DNA of 64,000 bases from a virus (lineage: Duplodnaviria > Caudoviricetes), in the IMG/VR virus record IMGVR_UViG_3300020385_000012, positions 1,351 to 65,350 of that record; one strand, 5' to 3'. Position 1 is the first letter of the stretch; the number at the start of each line of letters is the position of its first letter. A model generated the notes under the pieces. The model was not told where the DNA came from and did no database searches. It was given only the letters and a program-made list of their open reading frames with translations. Below, one piece after another: positions 27,342-35,818 of the stretch. Both the position numbers and the translations under genes were made by a program.

Positions 27342-29052
27342 AGAATGGAAAAAAGGTGTAGACTACCCTTCGTGGGGTGACACAGATGTATATAAGAAAA
27401 CAATTGGTGGTGGTTATTTAATTAAAAATGAAACACCAAGAGATGCATACAATAGAGTTTGTGAAACTGTAGCGAAGCGTTTAGGACGCCCAGAAATGGC
27501 CAAAACATTTTTTGAATATATATGGAATGGTTGGCTATGTTTAGCTTCCCCTGTGTTGTCTAATACAGGCTCAGATCGAGGTTTGCCAATATCATGCTTT
27601 GGTATAGATGTTGCTGACTCAATATATGACATTGGAAACAAAAATTTAGAGATGATGTTACTCGCTAAGCACGGCGGTGGAGTTGGCATTGGTATAAATC
27701 AAATTAGACCCGCCGGCGATAAAATTACAGGAAATGGAACATCTGATGGAGTTGTGCCTTTTTGTAAGATATACGATTCAACTATACTCGCCACAAATCA
27801 AGGATCTGTCCGAAGAGGAGCTGCAAGCGTTAATATTAATATTGACCACCCCGATTTTGAAGAGTGGTTGGAAATACGAGAACCTAAAGGAGACGTTAAC
27901 CGTCAATCGCTCAACCTCCACCAGTGTGCTGTGGTCGGCGACAAGTTTATGCGAAGACTTGATGCGGGCGATAAAAATGCGAGGAGGTTATGGGGAAAGT
28001 TACTTCAGAAACGTAAAGCAACTGGAGAACCTTATATCTTATTTAAGGGAAATACAAACAAAAATAATCCAGAGCAATACAGAAAGCACGGATTAAAAGT
28101 ACATATGACAAATATATGCAGTGAAATTACATTGCATACTGATGAATCACATTCATTTGTTTGTTGTTTATCATCGTTAAACTTAGCTAAGTACGATGAA
28201 TGGAAAAACACCAATCTAATATACGATAGTATATGGTTTTTAGATGGTGTCTTAGAAGAATTTATACAAAAGTCAAAAGGTAAAGTTGGATTTCATAATT
28301 CAGTAAGATCTGCTGAAAAAGGTAGAGCTTTAGGATTAGGAGTGCTTGGATGGCATACATACTTACAAGAACAAGGTTTACCATTTGAAGGTTTATTAGC
28401 ACAATATGAAACAAGAAAAATATTTTCACAAATTAAAATTGAAAGCGAAAGAGCTTCCATGGCACTTGCAGAGGAGTTTGGTGAACCTCTATGGTGTAGG
28501 GGTTCAGGTTTTAGGAATACTCATCTCCGTGCCATTGCTCCTACTGTTAGCAATAGTAAACTTAGTGGCAATGTTAGTCCCGGTATCGAACCCTGGGCCG
28601 CTAATGTATTTACGGAACAAAGCGCTAAAGGTACTTTCATTCGCAAGAACCCTACATTATTAAAGCTATTAAAAAAGCATAAAATTAATACCGAAAAAGT
28701 TTGGTTAAAAATTATGAAAGATGGGGGGTCAGTTCAAGGCGTTAAAGAACTTAATGATATAACTATAGGTAAATGGGATACATCAGCGAAAGAAGTATTT
28801 AAAACATTTAAAGAAATTAATCAACTGGAATTAGTTAATCAAGCGGGTATAAGACAACAATATATAGATCAGTCTGTTAGTTTGAATTTAGCTTTTCCTA
28901 GTGTTGCAGATCCTAAGTGGATTAATAAAGTTCATTATGAAGCGTGGAAGAAAGGTATTAAAACCTTATATTATATGAGGACGGAATCTGTATTGAGAGG
29001 TGATATTGCGCAAGCAGCAATGGACGAGAATTGTTTAGCTTGTGATGGATAA
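27331..29052 (+). CDS. nrdA: Ribonucleotide reductase class I alpha subunit (no ATP cone)
   Basis: ISCF, GGGVG, TNICSEI, CCLSSLNL, AIAPT, DQSVSLN, TLYY, C-terminal CLACDG. Confidence 0.95.
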   Translation: MWNKEWKKGVDYPSWGDTDVYKKTIGGGYLIKNETPRDAYNRVCETVAKRLGRPEMAKTFFEYIWNGWLCLASPVLSNTGSDRGLPISCFGIDVADSIYDIGNKNLEMMLLAKHGGGVGIGINQIRPAGDKITGNGTSDGVVPFCKIYDSTILATNQGSVRRGAASVNINIDHPDFEEWLEIREPKGDVNRQSLNLHQCAVVGDKFMRRLDAGDKNARRLWGKLLQKRKATGEPYILFKGNTNKNNPEQYRKHGLKVHMTNICSEITLHTDESHSFVCCLSSLNLAKYDEWKNTNLIYDSIWFLDGVLEEFIQKSKGKVGFHNSVRSAEKGRALGLGVLGWHTYLQEQGLPFEGLLAQYETRKIFSQIKIESERASMALAEEFGEPLWCRGSGFRNTHLRAIAPTVSNSKLSGNVSPGIEPWAANVFTEQSAKGTFIRKNPTLLKLLKKHKINTEKVWLKIMKDGGSVQGVKELNDITIGKWDTSAKEVFKTFKEINQLELVNQAGIRQQYIDQSVSLNLAFPSVADPKWINKVHYEAWKKGIKTLYYMRTESVLRGDIAQAAMDENCLACDG

Positions 29053-29106
29053 AATTTGGAAGAAGCGCGCGTGAGGAAATGAGTGGTTGGTGGGATCCAA
29101 ATAATT

Positions 29107-29132
29107 AAGGGGGATTAATTTCCCCCTTTTTT
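29107..29132. terminator. Terminator hairpin at the convergence of the two arms
   Basis: AAGGGGGA-TTAATT-TCCCCCTT followed by a T-run, between nrdA and the convergent ORF. Confidence 0.75.
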
Positions 29133-29780
29133 CATTATTACTTTTGTTGAATTAACAATATCTCTACCCGACTTATTGTTATTATAATTATTAATATCTT
29201 GCCTAGGTGTTATTTTAGATTCAAATCTATTTGGATTTTCTTTTGGCTCAACTCTTGTGTTGTTATTCCAGTTTCTAGAAACATTATTAGGATTCCTGTA
29301 AATTCTTTCTTCTCTATTATCTACTTTCTTTCTTAATCTATTAGCTATAACATCTACATTTGGTGTTCCTCTTCTTTCCTTCATTATAGCTCTCTGTCTC
29401 CATATTTTATATGAATTATATTGCCAAGGGGTATACCATTGATATGCTCCCCAGTTATTATAAGTTAAAGCCCATTCATACCAAAACTGACTTCTGTTCC
29501 AGTAAGCGTCGATAGGACTTAATGGTTTCCAAAACCTATAAACAAATGATGAAGTATAAAACGAATAAGGTTGCTTCATCGCAAACTGTGCATAATCCCA
29601 CCTAAATCTAAAATCAGTTCTCATCTTCCAATTTAATCTTGAAAAAGATAAGGTATCTATTTTTACAGTATTAGGAACTTCTAATACTACAAATTTAGTA
29701 GGCTTATGATTAATAGTGGATAATTGAACAGACCCACATCCTGTTAGTATTAATAATAAAATTAAAATGTAATTTTTCAT
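29115..29780 (-). CDS. Putative lipoprotein
   Basis: MKNYILILLLILTG-C lipobox; Trp/Tyr-rich middle; Arg/Asn-rich tail. Confidence 0.7.
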   Translation of the reverse strand: MKNYILILLLILTGCGSVQLSTINHKPTKFVVLEVPNTVKIDTLSFSRLNWKMRTDFRFRWDYAQFAMKQPYSFYTSSFVYRFWKPLSPIDAYWNRSQFWYEWALTYNNWGAYQWYTPWQYNSYKIWRQRAIMKERRGTPNVDVIANRLRKKVDNREERIYRNPNNVSRNWNNNTRVEPKENPNRFESKITPRQDINNYNNNKSGRDIVNSTKVIMKKGGN

Positions 29781-29862
29781 TTTTTCATGTGTTTAGTTAA
29801 ATTTGGATAAAGCTCTATGACAAAGTCATGTACTTTATTTATAAACTCAATTATGATTTTTT

Positions 29863-30321
29863 TCATATAACCATATATTTAGTTTTGTTGTTCTCGTCTT
29901 TGTATGCTTTCAAACATCTTTTTCTATTTGAATCAGCATCTACATAACTTACATGCACCCAATCTGGGTTTTGATCGGTGCCAAATTCCCAAATCATTTG
30001 ATCGTAATCTAAGTTATCTTTTATGTATTTATACATATCTGCGTTTGACATATAGCCATATGTGTCGTCTAAATCCATTGCTCTGCCTTGGCAATGCTGT
30101 GATTTTGCACTCCCACCAATCGCTTGATTTAATTCTGGGCTGCGATAAAATGAGTTAATTTTAATCGGCCCATTAACGTGTTTTCTTAATGGTTCAAATA
30201 CTTTCTCAGCAATCAATTCCATATTTTGTAATTCATAATCACCGGGTGTATTATCTATACCTGTTCTCATTGCCGTTGCACTAAACGTTGCTTCTTTTTT
30301 ACTAATGTGTTCGCTAATCAT
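29863..30321 (-). CDS. Endolysin, peptidase M15 family
   Basis: INSFYRS..SQHCQGRAMD..WVHVS zinc motifs. Confidence 0.9.
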   Translation of the reverse strand: MISEHISKKEATFSATAMRTGIDNTPGDYELQNMELIAEKVFEPLRKHVNGPIKINSFYRSPELNQAIGGSAKSQHCQGRAMDLDDTYGYMSNADMYKYIKDNLDYDQMIWEFGTDQNPDWVHVSYVDADSNRKRCLKAYKDENNKTKYMVI

Positions 30322-30324
30322 TTT

Positions 30325-31776
30325 TTATAATTTAAATTTACCGCCTATTGTTATTGAATATGTTAATGGAAATGAGTCTGTGCTTTTAGCCACATTAAAA
30401 CCTAAATTCATTCTAAAGGTTTTAGTCATAGAAAAATCAAAGTTAGCACCACCCACGAATAAAGCGTGCTCATTAAAAACAAATCCATTATCTAATGTAC
30501 TGTAACTCACTGGTGTTAATGCGGTAGCTAACATAGGTGATACAGTAAATCTTTTAAAGTTATATGGTTTGGTACCAAAAAATACAAATGAAGGCATTAT
30601 GTTCCAATTTCCTTGGCTATATAATATATTGTTTGATGCAGATACTCCACCAACAAATCCTTTCCATTTATTTTCTTTTTGGCCTATATAAACGTTGCTA
30701 ATACCAAATGACATATTATAAACGCCATACATATACATTAATCCAGCTGATAATGTTTGCACATTAGCAATACTCCCTTTGTCATAAAAATGGCCAAATA
30801 CATATTCTTCACCATTCTCTCTAATTATAACTGGAACTTTTTTATCGTATCTATGAAATACATGACCTCTTGAACCACTTAAACTAAATTGTTTTAAGTT
30901 GTCCCATATCATCATATTAGCGGAATAATTAAATTCACCGTTCATAGATGATTGTGCAAAGCCAATACCTATAACCTGATTTGCAGCACCATCTAATCCT
31001 GACATTCGCATTAGATTAGCAGATATAATTATAGGGTTTGTATTTTTCTTTTTCTTTTTTTTCTTTTCTTCTTCCTCCTCTTCTTCTTCAGACTCTTCCT
31101 CGGATTCTTCTTCCTCCTCTTCTTCTTCTTCTTCTTTATCCTCTTCCTCTTCTTCTTTTTCTTCCTCTTCTTTTTCCTCTTCTTGTTCATCTTCAGAGTC
31201 ATCACTATCATCATCGGAATCGTCGCTATCATCAGAATCATCAGAATCATCTCCATCTCCATCAGAATCATCTCCTCCGTCGTCTCCATCACCTCCATCA
31301 TCACTATCTCCTCCACCGTCATCACCGTCTGAATCTCCACCACCATCTCCATCGCTATCCCCTCCTCCGTCAGAATCACCGCCAGAGTCACCACCGCTAT
31401 CGCCAGTGTCTCCACCGCTATCTCCTCCAGAATCAGATCCACTTCCTGAATTGTCAGAGCCACTTCCGCTTGAATCAGAGCTATTGGTATTTGATGTAGA
31501 TGTTTGTGTTGTTGTTTGTGTGGTTTGGGCTGTAGAACACGCTGATAACGCATACCACCAGGCATACGTTTGTTCCATCCAAGTTCTTAAAGCACCACTG
31601 TAAAAATCATTTGCAGTAAATGTTTTTGTTCTGTTATAAAAAGATACTGTTGTGTATCCTTCCATTTGAATTGAAACTTTTTTAATCTCTCCGGTACATC
31701 TATCCGCAAAGGCTTGTACTAATGTTTGAGAATATATACTTGAGGAAAATAATAATAATATTATTATTTTTTTCAT
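30325..31776 (-). CDS. Secreted protein with long low-complexity linker and probable C-terminal outer-membrane beta-barrel
   Basis: Sec signal peptide; GGDSD/poly-E/poly-K linker; alternating hydrophobic strands ending YSITIGGKFKL. Confidence 0.65.
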   Translation of the reverse strand: MKKIIILLLFSSSIYSQTLVQAFADRCTGEIKKVSIQMEGYTTVSFYNRTKTFTANDFYSGALRTWMEQTYAWWYALSACSTAQTTQTTTQTSTSNTNSSDSSGSGSDNSGSGSDSGGDSGGDTGDSGGDSGGDSDGGGDSDGDGGGDSDGDDGGGDSDDGGDGDDGGDDSDGDGDDSDDSDDSDDSDDDSDDSEDEQEEEKEEEEKEEEEEDKEEEEEEEEEESEEESEEEEEEEEKKKKKKKNTNPIIISANLMRMSGLDGAANQVIGIGFAQSSMNGEFNYSANMMIWDNLKQFSLSGSRGHVFHRYDKKVPVIIRENGEEYVFGHFYDKGSIANVQTLSAGLMYMYGVYNMSFGISNVYIGQKENKWKGFVGGVSASNNILYSQGNWNIMPSFVFFGTKPYNFKRFTVSPMLATALTPVSYSTLDNGFVFNEHALFVGGANFDFSMTKTFRMNLGFNVAKSTDSFPLTYSITIGGKFKL

Positions 31777-32495
31777 TAATGATCAAATATTTTTTTTCTT
31801 ATCATTCGTTTAACAACCTTAGCAACTGCAGTTTCTAAAGCTTTCTTAGTCGATGTACCAATTGATGATTGATTAAACTTAACATCTTCTAAATTCTCAT
31901 TATTTAATAAAGTTAATTCTCTTGTTGTTGTAGCTTTACCTAAGCCAGATCCCGTCATATATAAACCAGTTTCAGAATCAATAAGCTTAACTTGTAATCC
32001 TAATCTTGTAACTAATTTATTTTTAATACCGTCTTTTAAATTAATAGTTTCATCTTCTGATATACTAAAGTCATAAACTTCTATATAACAAAAGTATTTA
32101 GCTAAAACTATTTTACCAATAGGATTTATAACGTTAGCTGTAAAACCTTTTTCACTTGCTTTGAATTGTTTAATCATTCTATCTTTTATCTCATCTCTTG
32201 TTTCTACAAACTCAAAACGAAACGTTTCATCTAAGAATGCTACAGTTATATTAGTTAAACCTAATCCAACTCTATAATCACCTAGTTCAGGATACTGATT
32301 TAATATTTCTTCAGTAACACCAATGTTAAGCAATGCTACAGATACAGGGTCACCGTTATATTCTGGTACACTCCATATAGATTCTCTTGACTCAAAGCTA
32401 CCGACATAATCTTCGGTTGTTGTTTTTCCAATTACTTGGCTATGAACAGAAGCCACAGCCGATACAAATATCGCACATAGTATAAATTTTTTCAT
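31776..32495 (-). CDS. CsgG/TolB-N-like secreted protein
   Basis: Signal peptide; GLTNITVAFLDETFRFEFVE..VYDFSI..LGLQVKLIDSETG..GSGLG..KKALETAV pattern. Confidence 0.65.
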   Translation of the reverse strand: MKKFILCAIFVSAVASVHSQVIGKTTTEDYVGSFESRESIWSVPEYNGDPVSVALLNIGVTEEILNQYPELGDYRVGLGLTNITVAFLDETFRFEFVETRDEIKDRMIKQFKASEKGFTANVINPIGKIVLAKYFCYIEVYDFSISEDETINLKDGIKNKLVTRLGLQVKLIDSETGLYMTGSGLGKATTTRELTLLNNENLEDVKFNQSSIGTSTKKALETAVAKVVKRMIRKKIFDH

Positions 32496-32496
32496 G

Positions 32497-32727
32497 TTAC
32501 CAATCTATTTCTCTTTCCTCTTTCTTTGGTTTTTGTATAACTGTTTTAGTTATAACCAAAGTATCTTTTACAACACTCGGAGGTATTGTTATTGTTTGTT
32601 CCATTGTTGGTGGAGGGGAATCATCTTCAGGACTGAATATAGCTTCCATGTTAGCTATAAATATTCCACCAGCTGCAGTTATAATTAAACCTACTGTAGC
32701 TATTATTTGATTTTTTAATTCTTTCAT
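32497..32727 (-). CDS. Small single-TM protein
   Basis: IIATVGLIITAAGGIFI TM segment, Pro-rich tail. Confidence 0.65.
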   Translation of the reverse strand: MKELKNQIIATVGLIITAAGGIFIANMEAIFSPEDDSPPPTMEQTITIPPSVVKDTLVITKTVIQKPKKEEREIDW

Positions 32728-32728
32728 A

Positions 32729-33088
32729 TTATTTCATTGAAAAGGTTTGTCGACCTATAAATTGATTATTTTTAGTATACAGCTCCACGGTATATGAACT
32801 AACTGGCAATGAATTAACATATATATTTAATATGTTATCGCCTTCTCTGCCTTTTATTATTTCTTGATTAATTATAGTATTTGTAAAATCTAATATTTTA
32901 ATCCTATAGTCACCATCAGAGGGTAGCTTAGTGTTTATTCTCACTTTGTCTTGCACTATATAGCTTTCAAGTTTTAAACCAACAGCTTGAGGCATGAATA
33001 AAGATTCAGGCACTTCTTGTATCGGTCTTTCATTGTATACCTCTGTGGTGCAACTTATAAATAAAAATAGTATAAAAAGTTTTTTCAT
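32729..33088 (-). CDS. Lipoprotein with T9SS C-terminal-domain-like Ig fold
   Basis: LFIS-C lipobox; YRIKILD..IYVNSLPVSSYTVEL..GRQTFSMK resembles a T9SS type A sorting domain. Confidence 0.55.
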   Translation of the reverse strand: MKKLFILFLFISCTTEVYNERPIQEVPESLFMPQAVGLKLESYIVQDKVRINTKLPSDGDYRIKILDFTNTIINQEIIKGREGDNILNIYVNSLPVSSYTVELYTKNNQFIGRQTFSMK

Positions 33089-34713
33089 TATTGTATTTTT
33101 AAAATTACTTTAGTTCCATCGCTTGTAACAGCATCCGTTGTTTTAAAATAAATTAATCCTGATGCGTTTGTCACGGTTTGTTTTGTATTAAATATAATTT
33201 TATAAGGTTTACCAACCTTAATGCTTTCTTGGTTTTCTACACTAATGCTACCAAAATATAATTTATTATCGCGTTCTGTTGCAAAATTAGTTAATAGATT
33301 ACCTGTATCGAATTGAACCTCTTCAAATTCTAATATAGTATCGTCAAACTGAATTACAAATTGCATGCCCGCTAAATAATTTTTTTCGAGTTCAACTAAT
33401 AATTCCACTTTATCGTTAACTAAACTTGTTGAAATATCTAAATCTAAATTTTCAATTTTACCCTGTACAATAGGCATTCTTACAACGCCCTCGTTATTGT
33501 TTCTAGCTATAGGTTCAAATGAATGTGAGAAGTCTACGTCTCCAATAAGTCCGTGACCAAAATCAAAAACCTTATTAGAATCAGTAGGTGTAAAATGTTT
33601 TTTTTGTCCAAAGTAATAATCATCTGTAGCATATCCGTATTGTGTTTTTTCTCCCCAAATATCTTTAGCGCCGTTAGTAGAGCTGGTAAAATATTCACTA
33701 ACATTTTTATCCATTATGTGACTAAGTATAACATAAGAATCATCAAAGTCTACATTACCGCTATTATTAACTTCACCTAATAAAGATTGTAGCGCATGGG
33801 TAAACGTACTTGCCGAACCACTTGGGCTAGAACCAGCGCCGATAGCCTCTTTAAATACTAAAAACACATCAGTAACAGTAACCACATCATCTAACCAATC
33901 AGAAGCCAGTTCATTATCAACAGTAATGTTAATATTGTATTTAACATCGTTTTCTAAGCCAGTTACAATAGCTTGAGAATTAGCATCAAAGTTGCCACTC
34001 ACTACACTATTATTATTACTTAATATATCGTATTTATAATGCGTCGGTTTGTCGTTCTCTGTTTTAAGATTTATAGTAACACTTCCGGCGTCGCCACCTT
34101 CAACATCTGATAATGTTATTTTTTGTTGCATTGCATCAACGTCGTATTTTGTTGATGTTGAATTATCTTCAGCCCTCATCCAGTTAAGATGAGTTACATT
34201 ATTATAATTGCTGTAGTTAGTATTAATCTTATCTTTAATTTTAAAATCAACTTCAATTAAAGTATTATTATATGTTATGCCTACACCATCTTGAATTGTT
34301 ATCCTTTCTACTGACCAATCGTTATTTGTAGGATACGAATTAGTATCTCCTTGTACTTGCGTTCTATTAAACCAACCGTGTAAATACTGATCTGAAAGAT
34401 TATCTTCATCATAAGTACTTAAAACTTTATACTTATAACCGTCCCAATGTGTTAACGACGTTTGCGCATCGGTATTAGCTGAGTTATCGGTTACTTTAAA
34501 TCTATGAGTAATTTTTTGTAACAATTTGTTATTGTACTCATAGTCAAATATATACAAGTTAGGGTCAACATTATTTGTGACTTGTATTGTATTAAACTTT
34601 ATTGTTATAGTATCACCAACTGCAAAATTTTCGGCGTTTGTATAACTGTGATCAAGTTTTAAATCTTGCGATAAACAGAATAATGGTAATAATAAAAACA
34701 ATAGTTTTCTCAT
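33088..34713 (-). CDS. Secreted protein with cohesin-like and dockerin-like domains
   Basis: Signal peptide; VGDTITIKF..FDYEYNNKLLQ; DDVVTVTDVFLV and GEVNNSGNVDFDDSYVIL dockerin-like repeats; LAGMQFVIQFDDTILEF cohesin-like. Confidence 0.6.
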   Translation of the reverse strand: MRKLLFLLLPLFCLSQDLKLDHSYTNAENFAVGDTITIKFNTIQVTNNVDPNLYIFDYEYNNKLLQKITHRFKVTDNSANTDAQTSLTHWDGYKYKVLSTYDEDNLSDQYLHGWFNRTQVQGDTNSYPTNNDWSVERITIQDGVGITYNNTLIEVDFKIKDKINTNYSNYNNVTHLNWMRAEDNSTSTKYDVDAMQQKITLSDVEGGDAGSVTINLKTENDKPTHYKYDILSNNNSVVSGNFDANSQAIVTGLENDVKYNINITVDNELASDWLDDVVTVTDVFLVFKEAIGAGSSPSGSASTFTHALQSLLGEVNNSGNVDFDDSYVILSHIMDKNVSEYFTSSTNGAKDIWGEKTQYGYATDDYYFGQKKHFTPTDSNKVFDFGHGLIGDVDFSHSFEPIARNNNEGVVRMPIVQGKIENLDLDISTSLVNDKVELLVELEKNYLAGMQFVIQFDDTILEFEEVQFDTGNLLTNFATERDNKLYFGSISVENQESIKVGKPYKIIFNTKQTVTNASGLIYFKTTDAVTSDGTKVILKIQ

Positions 34714-35174
34714 AGTTTTAATTTCTTAATAATGTTTTCAGATAATTTTTTTAATGCAACGCTTACACTATTTTGTGTAAACTTCCCTTGTTCATTTAAT
34801 AAAATTAAAGATGTAGTTATATCTTTTGACGTGCCTTTCACTTTTACTTTTTTCTTTTTGTATTTAGCAATAGCAATTATTTCGGTTTGACTCGATGATT
34901 TGCTATACAATGCAATATTTGATTGAGTACGTTTCACATCAAAATAAATTAGCTCAACATCTAAAACATTTTTACTTCTATCATTTAAGCTATAATCTTG
35001 ATCCTGAACCACCTCCTCTAATATGTTTTTCAACCCAAACCCAACGTTTCTATTGCCAACCAAAGGACCAGTTTGAATTGAATTTTTTATATCGTTTATT
35101 TTAATATCTTGTGCAGATATTACAATGCAAAATAATAAACTACTTACTATCTTTATTCCTTTTATGTACTTCAT
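34710..35174 (-). CDS. Secreted protein, short CsgG-like
   Basis: Signal peptide; FGLKNILEEVVQD..VELIYFD..SVALKK, parallel to 31776..32495. Confidence 0.5.
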   Translation of the reverse strand: MKYIKGIKIVSSLLFCIVISAQDIKINDIKNSIQTGPLVGNRNVGFGLKNILEEVVQDQDYSLNDRSKNVLDVELIYFDVKRTQSNIALYSKSSSQTEIIAIAKYKKKKVKVKGTSKDITTSLILLNEQGKFTQNSVSVALKKLSENIIKKLKL

Positions 35175-35304
35175 ACCATCTTTGAACAGTAAAGCCTATT
35201 GAAACTAATAATAATATTATTTTAAGTATATCTTCAACCGAAGTCATTGAAACTGTAAATGCTGATGTGTTCAATGCTAACACTTTTAAATCTTGAGTAT
35301 CCAT
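35140..35304 (-). CDS. Small membrane protein, possible holin (54 aa)
   Basis: Hand-translated MDTQDLKVLALNTSAFTVSMTSVEDILKIILLLVSIGFTVQRWY... Confidence 0.6.
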   Translation of the reverse strand: MDTQDLKVLALNTSAFTVSMTSVEDILKIILLLVSIGFTVQRWYEVHKRNKDSK

Positions 35305-35305
35305 T

Positions 35306-35581
35306 TTATTTTCTTCTTTTAACTGATTTGACCCTTCTTGGTTTTCCTTTTGGTTGTCCTAAGCTTTTCTTTTCTCTGATTTTTTTTGCTTTTTCAGATG
35401 AAGACATTTCGCCCGATGTTTTTGGTGTTTTACTTGATACTCTTTTGCTTGGTCTGCAATACGGCACGCCTCTGCCGTCGCCTTTTTTACGACCACAGGC
35501 TTTTCCTGTTCTAACGTCAACCCATTTTTCTTTGAACCAACGCTTGAGCGCAGCACCTTTTTTAGTTTTTCTTACTGCCAT
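35306..35581 (-). CDS. Small highly basic protein
   Basis: LKRWFKEKWVDV..CG..PYCRPSKRVSSKTPKT. Confidence 0.7.
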   Translation of the reverse strand: MAVRKTKKGAALKRWFKEKWVDVRTGKACGRKKGDGRGVPYCRPSKRVSSKTPKTSGEMSSSEKAKKIREKKSLGQPKGKPRRVKSVKRRK

Positions 35582-35700
35582 TATTTAGGTTTTTTATGAC
35601 CGCAGCCTTTTTTCTTTAAAGCTAAGTGTTCTTTATATGTTTTTGCCATAAACGGTTTGCCTTTGCAATACATTTTATGTGCTTTGAATTTTTCAGCCAT
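35581..35700 (-). CDS. Basic microprotein (39 aa)
   Basis: Hand-translated MAEKFKAHKMYCKGKPFMAKTYKEHLALKKKGCGHKKPK; TAATG coupling on both sides. Confidence 0.6.
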   Translation of the reverse strand: MAEKFKAHKMYCKGKPFMAKTYKEHLALKKKGCGHKKPK

Positions 35701-35816
35701 TATTTTTTATTTTTACCTTTGTTTTTTCTACATTTAGCTATAGCTCCACTCGCATATGCGGATGGGAATACTTTATATTGTCTTTTTACTTTATAGTAAC
35801 ACGCATCTTTTGGCAT
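35700..35816 (-). CDS. Basic microprotein (38 aa)
   Basis: Hand-translated MPKDACYYKVKRQYKVFPSAYASGAIAKCRK... Confidence 0.65.
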   Translation of the reverse strand: MPKDACYYKVKRQYKVFPSAYASGAIAKCRKNKGKNKK

Positions 35817-35818
35817 AA

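Noticed and set aside
31029-31603. Lys-, His- or Pro-rich ORFs in alternative frames
   Set aside because: By-products of the low-complexity linker in 30325..31776
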